Notes: generated by a model not told the origin, from the sequence alone. A stretch of DNA of 64,000 nt from Thermoproteota archaeon (GCA_030550585.1 JAUQPB010000001.1:416001-480000), one strand, 5' to 3'; shown: positions 1-10,291, counted from the first letter of the stretch. Numbers and translations: made by a program.

Positions 1-465
1 AGCAAAAGGAAAAGAGTATTTATATCAAATGTGCCAATAAATCCTAGACCAATAAACAAGGTTGTTGTAGTTGCTGAAGCATTGAAAGATCTTCCGCCAC
101 CCTATGAGTCAACTATTCCGAACCATGAGTTCGTACCAATTTCAGAGAAGAAATTGAGGAGAATATCGAGGGTAAGACATGGTAAAGCTGCATACTATTA
201 TTATGGTTCATCAAAACTTCTTCCAAACTTCGTTAAGCTAAAGCCATATGAAGTTGCACCAACAGTATTAGGATCATCGAGATTTATACACCCGTTTGAG
301 AATAGACTTTTGACAGTTCGTGAGCAGGCTAGGCTCATGGGATATCCCGATGATCATATATTTTTCGGTGGAAGGGATCAACAGTTTAATCAGGTTGGAG
401 AGTCGGTGCCACCGCCTTTGTCATATGCCATAGCAAAATTTTTAATGGAAAAAATATTAATGTAG
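1..465 (+). CDS. DNA (cytosine-5)-methyltransferase, C-terminal part (gene starts before the window)
   Basis: Frame open from base 1 (SKRKRVFISN, motif VIII-like). RLLTVREQARLMGYPD and QVGESVPP match C5-MTase motifs IX/X. Confidence 0.9.
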   Translation, partial: SKRKRVFISNVPINPRPINKVVVVAEALKDLPPPYESTIPNHEFVPISEKKLRRISRVRHGKAAYYYYGSSKLLPNFVKLKPYEVAPTVLGSSRFIHPFENRLLTVREQARLMGYPDDHIFFGGRDQQFNQVGESVPPPLSYAIAKFLMEKILM

Positions 466-480
466 TTTATGTGATCAACT

Positions 481-945
481 ATGAAGAAACTATATTTGGT
501 TGCATATGCGCCATCAAGTCCCTATAGATTGATTGATTTAGCAAAGGTTGCATATTCCTTCAATTTTGTAACAGGTTTTGTAGTTGTTAGACCAACTGGT
601 CTGGCTGCTCAAAGTGGTCTTCCAGAAGTATTTAAGTTAGCCTATAAATATGGAAAATCCCTTTTCGTATTATCGCAACTGAGAGAGCTAAAAGATCTTC
701 TATCTATTGATAAACTAATATTCATCATTCAAAACAATAAAGAGGCTCCAGACATAGAACAAGTAATAGACATGGCTTCAGATTCCGTGGCTATAATTAT
801 TCAAGCAGGAGAGTCCCCATTTAGCAAAGAGGATATTTCCATGGGATATGTTTCAAGAATCAATGAAATGAACGAATCTTTTTCACCCAATGCAGTAGCA
901 GAGGCAACCGCTGCCATTTTAAAGATCATGCGACTACTAAGGTAA
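481..945 (+). CDS. Crenarchaeal SPOUT-like protein (DUF2122 / 'RecB-family nuclease' annotation)
   Basis: 154 aa; SSPYRLIDLAK...GLAAQSGLPEVFKLAYK pattern; operonic with both neighbours. Confidence 0.6.
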   Translation: MKKLYLVAYAPSSPYRLIDLAKVAYSFNFVTGFVVVRPTGLAAQSGLPEVFKLAYKYGKSLFVLSQLRELKDLLSIDKLIFIIQNNKEAPDIEQVIDMASDSVAIIIQAGESPFSKEDISMGYVSRINEMNESFSPNAVAEATAAILKIMRLLR

Positions 946-951
946 AACTGC

Positions 952-2571
952 ATGGAGAGAGTGATAGTAGTTGATGCAAATGCTAGGCAAAAAGGTAGGA
1001 GAGTTTCAACAGTTGATGTAATAGGCGTTGGCCCTAGGTTGGTAACCTCAATTCTTAAAATGCATGGTTTTAAGGCGAGCCTATATGCTTATGAATCAAT
1101 TCTAAACAACAAAGAAATTCTAAAAGATTTTGATGCAATAGCAATATCATTTATGGTAAGCGATTTCAAGGCTGTTAAAAAGCTCATTGACATGTGGAGA
1201 AAAGTTAATAATGGCATTATTATCTTGGGAGGTCCTGGAACCTTAAGCCGGTCGATGCTATCCTCTCTAGACTTTTCACTTGCACTTATAGGAGAATCTG
1301 AAATCACATTACAAAAACTTTTCTCTATGTACAAGAGCCTTAGTGAAGCATACTATGATCTATCAAAATCGAAGACAACAATAAAGGGGTTGGCTATTAA
1401 GGTGGACAGGGAAATTATAGATGGTGGTATAGGTGAATGGACTCCCAAAAAATTTTTGAATGTGATTCCTGAGATAAACGATCTTAAGAACTTTCCTTTT
1501 TTCTGGGCATCGAGAATATATGTTGAGGTTGTAAGGGGCTGTAGCAATTTTAGAAGACCTATACAAACATTTGATGGCAGATATTGTACCAGATGTGATT
1601 TATGTTATAAAGGTTCGCTGAGCTCCAGAATAAGCTGTCCTGTAAACATCCCTCCAGGCTGTGGATACTGTAGTGTACCGGCAATCCATGGGCCTGCACG
1701 ATCACGTGATTTGTTTACCATTGTTGAGGAAGTTGAAAAGTTGACAAAAGCAGGTGTGAGTAGAATAGTATTGAGCGCTCCTGATTTTCTTGATTTTGGA
1801 AGAGACGAGCTTGTAGAAGAGCCTTTGACGGATCCTTGCAACCCACCACCAAATGTATATAAGATAGAGGAGCTCTTAAGTAGGCTATCTAAAATTAGGG
1901 CTGTGGCGGAAGAGAGGGCTACTGTGATGGTCGAAAATGTTAAACCGTGTCTAGTAAATGATGAGGTTGCGGATGTTTTAGGAAGATACTTGAAAGATAC
2001 CCCAATCTACATAGGATTGGAGAGCTGTAGTGATGATCTTTTGAAAAAAGTTGGAAGACCTTCAACATGTTCAGAGGGTATTAGTGCGATTGAGAAGCTA
2101 AAGAAAAGTGGTCTTAGACCATATGTTTATTTGATGCATGGTCTTCCATTTGAAAGAGATGAAGATGTTCTTAAAACAGTTAAAGCAATAGAAATTCTAA
2201 GGAATATTGGTGTAGAAAGAATAGTATTGTATAGGTTTTCACCATTACCCTACACAGCCTTCGAACTGGCACCAAAACCTGGGCCAGCTATAAGTGATCC
2301 TATGAGAAAGCTCTTGTATGACAAGGTTGAAGAGTTCAACAGGGAACAGAATAAAAAAATTATTGGCAGAGTAATCAAGGCCATTGTAGCTCTTAAGCAT
2401 CCGAAAAAACCAGGCTTTCTTATTGCATATCCAATGCGGCATGGACCTGTAATAATAGTAAGAGGAGGTGAAGCTTTGGTGGGACATAGAGTCACAGTTA
2501 AAATACATAGACTACTTAGTAACAGAATTGTGTTTGGAGAGATCGTCTATGTACATGAAAAGCATTTTTAG
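952..2571 (+). CDS. B12-binding radical SAM protein with C-terminal TRAM-like domain
   Basis: N-terminal cobalamin-binding-like domain (IILGGPG), EVVRGC followed by a Cys-rich insert and GCGYC, IGLES motif, beta-rich C-terminus. Confidence 0.85.
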   Translation: MERVIVVDANARQKGRRVSTVDVIGVGPRLVTSILKMHGFKASLYAYESILNNKEILKDFDAIAISFMVSDFKAVKKLIDMWRKVNNGIIILGGPGTLSRSMLSSLDFSLALIGESEITLQKLFSMYKSLSEAYYDLSKSKTTIKGLAIKVDREIIDGGIGEWTPKKFLNVIPEINDLKNFPFFWASRIYVEVVRGCSNFRRPIQTFDGRYCTRCDLCYKGSLSSRISCPVNIPPGCGYCSVPAIHGPARSRDLFTIVEEVEKLTKAGVSRIVLSAPDFLDFGRDELVEEPLTDPCNPPPNVYKIEELLSRLSKIRAVAEERATVMVENVKPCLVNDEVADVLGRYLKDTPIYIGLESCSDDLLKKVGRPSTCSEGISAIEKLKKSGLRPYVYLMHGLPFERDEDVLKTVKAIEILRNIGVERIVLYRFSPLPYTAFELAPKPGPAISDPMRKLLYDKVEEFNREQNKKIIGRVIKAIVALKHPKKPGFLIAYPMRHGPVIIVRGGEALVGHRVTVKIHRLLSNRIVFGEIVYVHEKHF

Positions 2572-2645
2572 ACTGCTATAGCTAATAAAGTTAATAAATG
2601 TTCTAAATAAAATTCTATTGTAAAAATTGCAGTGGTGCAAAGAAA

Positions 2646-2966
2646 TTGGTGAGAATATCAACAATAGAGCTTGAATCATTTGAAGATATGATACTAATGC
2701 TACATTCTAGAATGACCGCCGTAAGCATGACATCATCACTTATGTGTACAGATAAAAACTGTTTTACAATAATAAGTGCAGGCGATGAGCAAGTTTTCAT
2801 AATATCGTCTCCACCTCCTACAACAAAATGCCGATTTGCATTTGTAGACGATTTCGGAAAGGTCAGATGCAGTGAAACCCCACCTGCAGGAAGGCCAATA
2901 GTATTTGTGATATCTGTAAAGAATATCAAAGAAACTGATAGCATTATAAAGGCTTTATCAACATAA
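2646..2966 (+). CDS. Conserved crenarchaeal hypothetical protein
   Basis: 106-aa ORF with GGTG SD upstream and normal composition. Confidence 0.65.
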   Translation: MVRISTIELESFEDMILMLHSRMTAVSMTSSLMCTDKNCFTIISAGDEQVFIISSPPPTTKCRFAFVDDFGKVRCSETPPAGRPIVFVISVKNIKETDSIIKALST

Positions 2967-3049
2967 TTCAACTGCATTATAAAGAACGATAAAGAAAAAT
3001 ATTTTTAATGTCTGTACACAATATTATATTGTTAGCTATTGTCATTGGT

Positions 3050-3137
3050 GCGGGGGTGCCCGAGCCAGGTCAAAGGGGTCGGGCTGAGGACCCGATGGCG
3101 TAGGCCTGCGTGGGTTCAAATCCCACCCCCCGCACCA
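3050..3137 (+). tRNA. tRNA-Leu(GAG), long variable arm, CCA encoded
   Basis: Acceptor GCGGGGG/CCCCCGC, anticodon arm TCGGG-CTGAGGA-CCCGA, T-loop GGTTCAAATCC, ends ACCA. Confidence 0.97.
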
Positions 3138-3164
3138 ACACCCACCAAATATAGTGATTATGAT

Positions 3165-3467
3165 ATGAGCTATAGCTGGGAACCAAAATGGATAAGAAGA
3201 AAAATAAAGATATCAGAGGGAATTGAGGTTGAAACATGCTATGACGCTACCTCGTCAATGCTTCTATGCCCTCTATGCATAGATATTAATAGGGTGTGTC
3301 CAAGCCATACAGAGTACTCTAATATTGTGCCTGAGAGGTCTTTGTATTTCTTTTCCATAGAAGATTTGATATACCACATGAAAACCCATACTAGAGAGGG
3401 TGTTACAGGCAAACTGTATACCGAAGTTGAAGAGGAGGGAGAGGAAGAAGAGATAGAAGAAGAATAA
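3165..3467 (+). CDS. Small zinc-finger-like protein with acidic tail
   Basis: Start moved to ATG 3165 (MSYSWEPKW) because the longer ORF runs through the tRNA. CPLC...HMKTH ligands; poly-Glu C-terminus. Confidence 0.75.
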   Translation: MSYSWEPKWIRRKIKISEGIEVETCYDATSSMLLCPLCIDINRVCPSHTEYSNIVPERSLYFFSIEDLIYHMKTHTREGVTGKLYTEVEEEGEEEEIEEE

Positions 3468-3584
3468 GAAATTCATTTCATTTTTAACAGGCTGCCCCGC
3501 TTCTGTCTATATCTACACATAAATTAATTGATTTGGTTTTCTCCTCCTATTTTGTAAAGTTCTATCATTCACCACAGTCAATGA

Positions 3585-6023
3585 CTATGTGCATATGCTG
3601 TTACGAACGTTATCATTAAGTTTGAGCAACGCTATGAAGACCACTCTATATGCTTCGGCACTTCTGTTGGGCGCTGTAAATAGTTTGACAGGTTGCGAAA
3701 CACCTGTGTAAGCTATGCTATACAATGATTGATTCACTTTTTCAATTGTTGCATAGAGTCCATATGAATCAAAATACCCCGACTCTATAGCCGGTTCTAT
3801 AACAGGCACAAAACTTGTTCCCACTAACTCGTTTCCAAGAACCCATGGAACAACCTTTATACTGTATGATGGATATAGCTTTGAAAATGTTTGAAGAATA
3901 GCCCACATATAAAGTCTTGGCATTGTAGCGTTGAGAACAGTTGATGAATTCAAGTTGAGCCCATATTCTACAGTATATTCATTTCCATTAACATTTACCC
4001 TCTTTACAACAACCCATTCATTTGATGCTAGTTCATTATATCCTCCAACCGATGATGCTGAAGCAGGATAGCTAGTGATTGTATTGAGGGGTATACCCAT
4101 AGGCGATTTATATGTTGCCAGATATATTATCGCGCTTATGAATTTCGCCATATCACCAAAACCATATTGAGGCGGTGCGTTCAAGCCTATGTATACTCTC
4201 TTTGAGGAGTGATTGACATATATGTCAATGCCGCTAAAGATCAGTACATAAACATCGCTTTTTCTACATATGCCAAACTGATTTAGATACTGCAAGGCTT
4301 TGTCATATGGCATCGCAAAGAATTCTGCTAAGACGTGGATCCTTGTCGAGTTTATGGTAGCTCCATCAGCTACTGTAGATCTATTGCCTATCACCGATAT
4401 CCAGTATCCATAGTCCCACCAACTCAACACCAATGCATTGGACGATGTGTTGTCCCTTATAAATCTTAGCGTGTCTAGCCATACTGTTGTGGGTATAAAG
4501 CCCTCGGCTCTCGAAATCATTGTATAGGAGGAGTAGTAGGCTCTGAACTCAGCATAAGCTATCGGTATCGATGCTAGAATCACTATAATAGCAAGTATGA
4601 TTCCAACTACTTGCATAAACGTTATCTTAATTTTTGTTAAACGTCCAACAACCCTGATCTCAGGTTTAATGTATTGAAATAGTGCGCCAAGTGATAGTCC
4701 AACACACGTGGCAGTCACAACATTCATGTAATCTACAAAGTAACTAAGGTTGTATGTTACATACCAAGATAGTGCAATCCATATCAACATGGTCAATAGG
4801 AATATGTTTCTTGATTTGATAGTGCTATAGACGGATATGGGTAAGAGTATGAACACTGTCAACAACAGCGTTAGAACCATGTACTGGGGTAGAGATCCCA
4901 TTTCGTATAGTGGCTGATATTCTGCAACAGTCAGTGCAACACCTGGAGGTCTAATTCCCAATCCGAGTGCAATCTTCCCAGCAATTGGCAGAATCTTTGT
5001 GAACTGATCAAACAGCCCGGGAATACTATCAAATAGCACTATAAGGGTTATTGCAGAGATTATTGTAGCTGCAAAGAGTGTTGCATAGATTTTCATAGCT
5101 TTTCTTCTCCCAAATATGATGTGGAGAGCCCAGGCAAAAACAAATATTGCTAAAGCAATGTAATAGGCTAGTGCAAGTACAAGTCTTCCACCGTGATAAG
5201 ATGGCATTAGATACATTGCAACAAATGGTATTGTCGACTCCATAGCAAAACCCATTGCATATTGCTTGAATATGCTCTTTGAAGAGAGGTCCTTGACAAA
5301 TGGCAATAGAATCATTGAAGCATATACAGGAATTGCTGTAAGGCCCACTCCAGTCCACACACTAGCTGCATATGCCAGTGCTACACCTGCAAGAGCAAAA
5401 TCTAGTGGTTTTGATGATTTCAAAGCTCTTAGATGTAGCCATATAGCTAAAGGAGCTGTGAACAAGCCAAACGAGTATTTAACTGTGAAACCTGCTACTT
5501 CTCTACTCACAAAGAACATTGCATAGACTAGTGCTGCTACTATAGAACTAATTTTACTGCCTGTTGCCTCATTAACAGATAATGCTATGAATATTGCTGC
5601 AAGAGCTCCCATAATAGGTGGTAAAACCGCCATTAGGTCATACAATGAAACTCCAAGAGGTTTGAAGATTTCGTAGAGCATGTAAATGGTTATTATGTGA
5701 CCTTGCAAATCAGTTGTAAAGAGGTTTCTACAAGACGGGTACCAAAATATGCATGTAGCTGGGTTACTGCTTGTAAGGCTGGGCCATGATAACAGCCCAT
5801 GTTTATCGAGATAAGATACAACCCAGTAATTAAAAAATGTGTCTAGCTCATCTAGTTTAGCCTCTGGATAAACAGAAGCTATACCAGAATTTACAACATT
5901 GAAATACTGCTGCATTCTAAGCCAAAACGCTAAAAAAGCTATGACTGTTATAGCAATGGCAGCAACAATTTTTGAGTGTTTGCTCCAAAATCTATAAAGC
6001 GCAACCATTATATTTGCTCTCAT
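3585..6023 (-). CDS. aglB: Oligosaccharyltransferase AglB (STT3 family)
   Basis: Many TM helices, ELD motif, TVAEY, signature WWDYGYWI...NRSTVADG. Confidence 0.95.
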   Translation of the reverse strand: MRANIMVALYRFWSKHSKIVAAIAITVIAFLAFWLRMQQYFNVVNSGIASVYPEAKLDELDTFFNYWVVSYLDKHGLLSWPSLTSSNPATCIFWYPSCRNLFTTDLQGHIITIYMLYEIFKPLGVSLYDLMAVLPPIMGALAAIFIALSVNEATGSKISSIVAALVYAMFFVSREVAGFTVKYSFGLFTAPLAIWLHLRALKSSKPLDFALAGVALAYAASVWTGVGLTAIPVYASMILLPFVKDLSSKSIFKQYAMGFAMESTIPFVAMYLMPSYHGGRLVLALAYYIALAIFVFAWALHIIFGRRKAMKIYATLFAATIISAITLIVLFDSIPGLFDQFTKILPIAGKIALGLGIRPPGVALTVAEYQPLYEMGSLPQYMVLTLLLTVFILLPISVYSTIKSRNIFLLTMLIWIALSWYVTYNLSYFVDYMNVVTATCVGLSLGALFQYIKPEIRVVGRLTKIKITFMQVVGIILAIIVILASIPIAYAEFRAYYSSYTMISRAEGFIPTTVWLDTLRFIRDNTSSNALVLSWWDYGYWISVIGNRSTVADGATINSTRIHVLAEFFAMPYDKALQYLNQFGICRKSDVYVLIFSGIDIYVNHSSKRVYIGLNAPPQYGFGDMAKFISAIIYLATYKSPMGIPLNTITSYPASASSVGGYNELASNEWVVVKRVNVNGNEYTVEYGLNLNSSTVLNATMPRLYMWAILQTFSKLYPSYSIKVVPWVLGNELVGTSFVPVIEPAIESGYFDSYGLYATIEKVNQSLYSIAYTGVSQPVKLFTAPNRSAEAYRVVFIALLKLNDNVRNSICT

Positions 6024-6278
6024 GAGGCAACAACCGCCAAACTAGGCATCACAACTCTAAGGCTATCAGAAACCTATAAAAATTTAACTAAAATACTGAC
6101 CCCATTATCAGAAACTATATAGCTGTTGCTAATATAGTTTGTACAAGATCTAGAACAGTTTCATGCAATAATACAATTAACTTCACAATGTATCTTTGAT
6201 TATATTCCTGCAAAGCCCTTCATTATAACCATAGCTTAAAATCTGTGAAAGCTTGTGTGTAGCGTAGGCTGAATTTTC

Positions 6279-6824
6279 ATGATTTCGGAAAACAGTAGTA
6301 GCATAATTAGATCTTTTTTGATAGGCTCTGAGAAGTGCCCTGTCTGCGGTTCTATAGCATTAACCTATTTACATTTATACCAAGCTCCTCACAATGAAAC
6401 AGTAGCTATCGTGACAATAAAGTGTGATAAATGTGGATTCAAATACTCAACTGTTTTGTCTATAGCAACGTCTTTTTCTGATAATAAATGCATTGAAATT
6501 GAGGTGTCGGATCCCCAAGATCTAAGAACGCTCATATACCTATCTGACAACACCACAATAGAGATTCCTGATATTGGTATAAAAGTCGATTTATCCCAAT
6601 TACGATTGGGGAGCATAGTAACAGTAGACGCAATATTATCATATCTTGTAGAGTGGATAGAAAACGCGCAACATATTGAAAATAACGATGAGTTCGCTAA
6701 AACGTTGCTGCTGCTAAAATCCTTGCTTGATGAAAACATCGACAGAAAAATAAAAATTGTTATAAGAAGCGACAACGGTGTCGGCATAATAAACAGCTAT
6801 CGAAAAAACTACAGTAGATGCTAA
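6279..6824 (+). CDS. ZPR1-type zinc-finger protein
   Basis: CPVCG...KCDKCGFK, then IEIPDIGI...GSIVTVDAIL, typical of ZPR1. Confidence 0.85.
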   Translation: MISENSSSIIRSFLIGSEKCPVCGSIALTYLHLYQAPHNETVAIVTIKCDKCGFKYSTVLSIATSFSDNKCIEIEVSDPQDLRTLIYLSDNTTIEIPDIGIKVDLSQLRLGSIVTVDAILSYLVEWIENAQHIENNDEFAKTLLLLKSLLDENIDRKIKIVIRSDNGVGIINSYRKNYSRC

Positions 6825-6830
6825 ATCTCT

Positions 6831-7391
6831 TCACTGTTTTACAACTTTGATTAGCTTGCCTTTCCTACCTTCTTTTTTCTTCTTTAATCGTATCTCCAAA
6901 ACACCGTTCTTGTATACAGCCTCTGCAGAATCCACATCCACCTCTACTGGCAATTCTATCTCCTTCTTATATTTTCTCTCGTGGTCAGAGCCTTCAACAA
7001 CTATATGGCGTTCATCTAATGCCTCAACCTTAATCTTATTTTCGTCAACGCCAGGCATCTCTAAAACTACTCTGATTTTGTCATCTTCTTCATATATATC
7101 AACCAGTGGCTCCATCTCTTCACTAACAATAACTCTTGGCCTACCCCTTCCACTTCTTTTGACATTGCCAAACTCATATATTTTGGGGATTCCATCAGGT
7201 CCGATCTCAATTCTGAAACCATATATTATTGGCTTGCCTAACTCCTCTCCCTCTATAGGTATGGAACCAATTCTGAATGTCCTTTCCAACTCCTCTAACT
7301 CCTCTTCCAGTTCGCTAAAAAGCTCGTCAAATATGTCAAAGAATTTTCTTCTTTTCCTTCTAGGCTCATCAGATCCCGACACAGCAAACAC
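6831..7391 (-). CDS. hsp20: Small heat-shock protein Hsp20
   Basis: PIIYGFRIEIGPDGIP, EPLVDIYE, EMPGV, AVYKNGVLEI (alpha-crystallin domain). Confidence 0.95.
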   Translation of the reverse strand: MFAVSGSDEPRRKRRKFFDIFDELFSELEEELEELERTFRIGSIPIEGEELGKPIIYGFRIEIGPDGIPKIYEFGNVKRSGRGRPRVIVSEEMEPLVDIYEEDDKIRVVLEMPGVDENKIKVEALDERHIVVEGSDHERKYKKEIELPVEVDVDSAEAVYKNGVLEIRLKKKKEGRKGKLIKVVKQ

Positions 7392-7446
7392 CTTGTTACA
7401 TGCCTATGCCTAGCTAGACTTATAAGTGTATGCTTAAATCAACCCT

Positions 7447-7719
7447 CTATTCGCTGGACCATGATCCTACTAAGATATAACACTCTCTTTCCAAACATTT
7501 TTGTTGCTTAATTATATCCGTAATATCTGGATCCAATGATGCAAATCTATCTGTATTCTCTGGCTTCAGTTCAATAATGCTTAGTTTTGGTAGTAGAAAT
7601 TTGCTTAGACTGTTCATAACCTTTTTAGCCTCATCTATACTAGTGTAAACTCCTAAAATAACCTTCATACTCTCCTTGGCCACAATACCTAAAGGACTCT
7701 TCCTGTATATGAACCACAT
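7447..7719 (-). CDS. Hypothetical protein
   Basis: 90-aa ORF filling an intergenic gap. Confidence 0.6.
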   Translation of the reverse strand: MWFIYRKSPLGIVAKESMKVILGVYTSIDEAKKVMNSLSKFLLPKLSIIELKPENTDRFASLDPDITDIIKQQKCLERECYILVGSWSSE

Positions 7720-7924
7720 AATCTAACAGCCAGATAACCAAATTTTAAATATTTTTATGTTACACGTAGTTGTAGCTTTAATAATTTTACTGGAGTTGCA
7801 AAAGCTTCGGTGCTTTGTGCTAAGCATACTCTAAAGCACATATGCATTGCTTTGTTTGATTTGTGTCACAGCTTTTCTATAGCCCTCATATTACAGTACT
7901 TGTATTAAGAACAGTGTAACGGCT

Positions 7925-8275
7925 ATGAATGGCACAGTTTTAGAGGTTACAATATTAATGGGTCTTGATGATGTTAGCAACCAAGCATTGGATAATCTCA
8001 AAAAAGCTAGTGAAATTCTTTACCATAGATATAAAATAAAATTGATTCTAAATCCCATTAATCTGTGGCTAGATCCACTAAAAGCCTCTATAAATTCCCT
8101 CCCCATAATATTCATTGGGAGCAAAAAGATATTTTCAGGCTATCCTCCATCCATTAATGAAATCATACGAGAAGCAGTCAAGCTTGCTACATCTAATCAC
8201 CACACAAACTTTGAAGCATTATTACCAACGGCCATACTTAGAGAAGATTTTATTGATGCGGCTCTAATAGAATAA
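7925..8275 (+). CDS. Thioredoxin-fold-like hypothetical protein without CxxC
   Basis: SLPIIFIGSKKIFSGYPPSINEI resembles the cis-Pro/C-terminal part of the Trx fold; no Cys. Confidence 0.55.
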   Translation: MNGTVLEVTILMGLDDVSNQALDNLKKASEILYHRYKIKLILNPINLWLDPLKASINSLPIIFIGSKKIFSGYPPSINEIIREAVKLATSNHHTNFEALLPTAILREDFIDAALIE

Positions 8276-8470
8276 GAACTTCTAAAGCCTTTGTATTGGA
8301 TTATCCGCTAGGCTTATTATAAATAAGAGAAGAAATTAGACTAAGCTAGCATAAGAAAATATATCACTTCTGTGCAAATAAATCTCATTTATCAAATGAT
8401 AAAGGAAATGTAACCAGAATCTGATAATAAATCCTATTGTAAAAGTTCGATCGTCATAGGTTGTAGTTTA

Positions 8471-9493
8471 ATGATAGAAACTGATGTTGTGATAATAGGC
8501 TCTGGTATTGCAGCATTAAAGGCGTACAAAGATTTTTATGATCTTGGATATAGTGCTATAATTATTGATCCAGGTCCCCTTGGAGGAAGTGTCTCTTCTG
8601 TTGGCACTTCATATAAATTTCCAAAAATTCCTATACTAATAGATTATGGACTTAGGAATATGTTTGAGGGGTGTGAATTTTCTTGCTATCCTATAGAATT
8701 AAATACGATAAAGATGGGTGATATAGTTAGTAAGATGCTTGGTTTCGAGAGATTTGAGCCACAGCGTCTGTGGTTTTATGATCTATTCAATATGAAGAAG
8801 GCTTGTTTTACAAGAAATATAGTCGACTGTGTAATTAGAAACTTGGGAATATCTTATTATCTAATTAAAAGAATTGTAAGTGGTATAAGAAGGATATACC
8901 TTGACACAAAGATAATCACTCTATCAATTGGTCTTGCTATAAAATATAAAAAAGTTGTATATACATGGCCTTTGGACATATTAAGAGACTTCATTTTAAC
9001 TAGGAAAAATGAGTTGTATTTAGCGTTAGATGATGTTGCAAAGGCTTTGAAGTATGCATCCCTATTTATTCGTGCATATGTTACTAGAGAAGGTATAGAA
9101 GGATATGGATGTAAAGAAAAGAAGATGAACATATATCTACATTCAACAAAAGCTTCACGGTTTCATACAGCCATTAAAATACCATTACATGAAGATGTAC
9201 ATGTACTTTATGCTGTTACAAGTTATTCGCAAAGCTATCCTCTATTACCAGGAATAGGAGAGAAAATAGATTCTGAGCTTAAAAAACACGGGCTTCTACG
9301 AGATTTCACCAGAGCTCTAGAGATTCAAAATATTGACATGCGCTATGGCATTCTAAACAAAATTGATAGAAAAAGCATAGAAACTCTAAAGGAGCTACTT
9401 TCGCCATTTGATATTAAATTGTTTGGAAGACTTGCTGAGTGGACAGACTACGATATACCTACAATAATTTTTAAACAAACTGCCTTATCGTAA
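8471..9493 (+). CDS. FAD/NAD(P)-dependent oxidoreductase (UGM/PPOX-like superfamily)
   Basis: VVIIGSGIAAL Rossmann motif, LGG motif, C-terminal FGRLAEW. Confidence 0.8.
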   Translation: MIETDVVIIGSGIAALKAYKDFYDLGYSAIIIDPGPLGGSVSSVGTSYKFPKIPILIDYGLRNMFEGCEFSCYPIELNTIKMGDIVSKMLGFERFEPQRLWFYDLFNMKKACFTRNIVDCVIRNLGISYYLIKRIVSGIRRIYLDTKIITLSIGLAIKYKKVVYTWPLDILRDFILTRKNELYLALDDVAKALKYASLFIRAYVTREGIEGYGCKEKKMNIYLHSTKASRFHTAIKIPLHEDVHVLYAVTSYSQSYPLLPGIGEKIDSELKKHGLLRDFTRALEIQNIDMRYGILNKIDRKSIETLKELLSPFDIKLFGRLAEWTDYDIPTIIFKQTALS

Positions 9494-9513
9494 TAGTGAA
9501 GGTGGTGCATGAA

Positions 9514-9663
9514 TTGAAGATAGATGCTATTAGAAAATGTAATGATCTGTGTGAAGAGATTGTTAACTGTGATGAATGTGAAGATGACTTCTGTGAGGAT
9601 CTGTGTGAAGAAGTTGAAAGGTACTGTGTTACTACATGCGTTGAACAGCTTGGGAATCAATAA
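9514..9663 (+). CDS. Unannotated 49-aa Cys-rich acidic microprotein (MKIDAIRKCNDLCEEIVNCDECEDDFCEDLCEEVERYCVTTCVEQLGNQ)
   Basis: SD-like AAGGTGGTG then TTG; 8 regularly spaced Cys and 15 Asp/Glu; starts 20 nt after the oxidoreductase stop. Confidence 0.75.
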   Translation: MKIDAIRKCNDLCEEIVNCDECEDDFCEDLCEEVERYCVTTCVEQLGNQ

Positions 9664-10291
9664 CAATTTTATCGTTTAATTCAATATAATCAATTTTTTC
9701 GGCAATCAGCTGCGCAAGCTGAATAACCTCTTTCAGCATGTTGATCTCTGCAAATAGCTCATCTTCATATTCTTCAGCACGTTTAAGAACCTTCACAAGC
9801 TTTGGTAATACATTAAATGAAAACTGTTGAAACAATCTTATATCAGTTTTCGTTAGCCTCTCTTTGATGCTCATAGTCTTTAATTTGTTTAGCCAATATC
9901 TAGGCCTTAAGCTTTGCAACTGTATTCTTACTAAGGCTATATCTGGGTCATCTAATTCTTCAGATCCTTTGGAGATGCTATTTATTATAGACTCTATTAT
10001 CTCAACGTTGTATTTGAATTTGTACCAGTGCTGGTTCGATGTTTTATACGATGTTTCAATAATTTTATAGTCTCTCTCTAAAGTCTTTAAAAGAAGCGAT
10101 GGATTATAAGAAAATCCCATACTGTTGAGCCTCTCTACAACGCCTCTATAATCGAAATCCCCAAGCATGTTGTTACCATGTAACTTATTTTCTCTTGCAG
10201 CAGCTATCGCAGCTTTCACAACAAACAAGAATCTTTGACCATATCGATGATACGCATCTAGAATGGCAATTCTTAGAGCATCCATACTCAT
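9632..10291 (-). CDS. Conserved crenarchaeal hypothetical protein (winged-helix-like N-half, helical C-half)
   Basis: 219 aa; LGDFDYRGVVERL...YNPSLLLKTLERDYKIIETSYKTSNQHWY. Confidence 0.75.
   Translation of the reverse strand: MSMDALRIAILDAYHRYGQRFLFVVKAAIAAARENKLHGNNMLGDFDYRGVVERLNSMGFSYNPSLLLKTLERDYKIIETSYKTSNQHWYKFKYNVEIIESIINSISKGSEELDDPDIALVRIQLQSLRPRYWLNKLKTMSIKERLTKTDIRLFQQFSFNVLPKLVKVLKRAEEYEDELFAEINMLKEVIQLAQLIAEKIDYIELNDKIVIDSQAVQRM

Noticed and set aside
3045-3139. Short leader/trailer complementarity around tRNA-Leu (also Thr and Ala)
   Set aside because: Only 4-5 bp and probably upstream of the transcription start. Much weaker than the tRNA-iMet case.
3039-3164. N-terminal extension of ORF 3039..3467
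   Set aside because: It reads through tRNA-Leu. The real start is more plausibly ATG 3165.
6847-7413. 188-aa + strand ORF and many similar antisense ORFs across the window
   Set aside because: They fully overlap well-supported genes on the opposite strand and have Ser/Leu/Phe-rich shadow composition.
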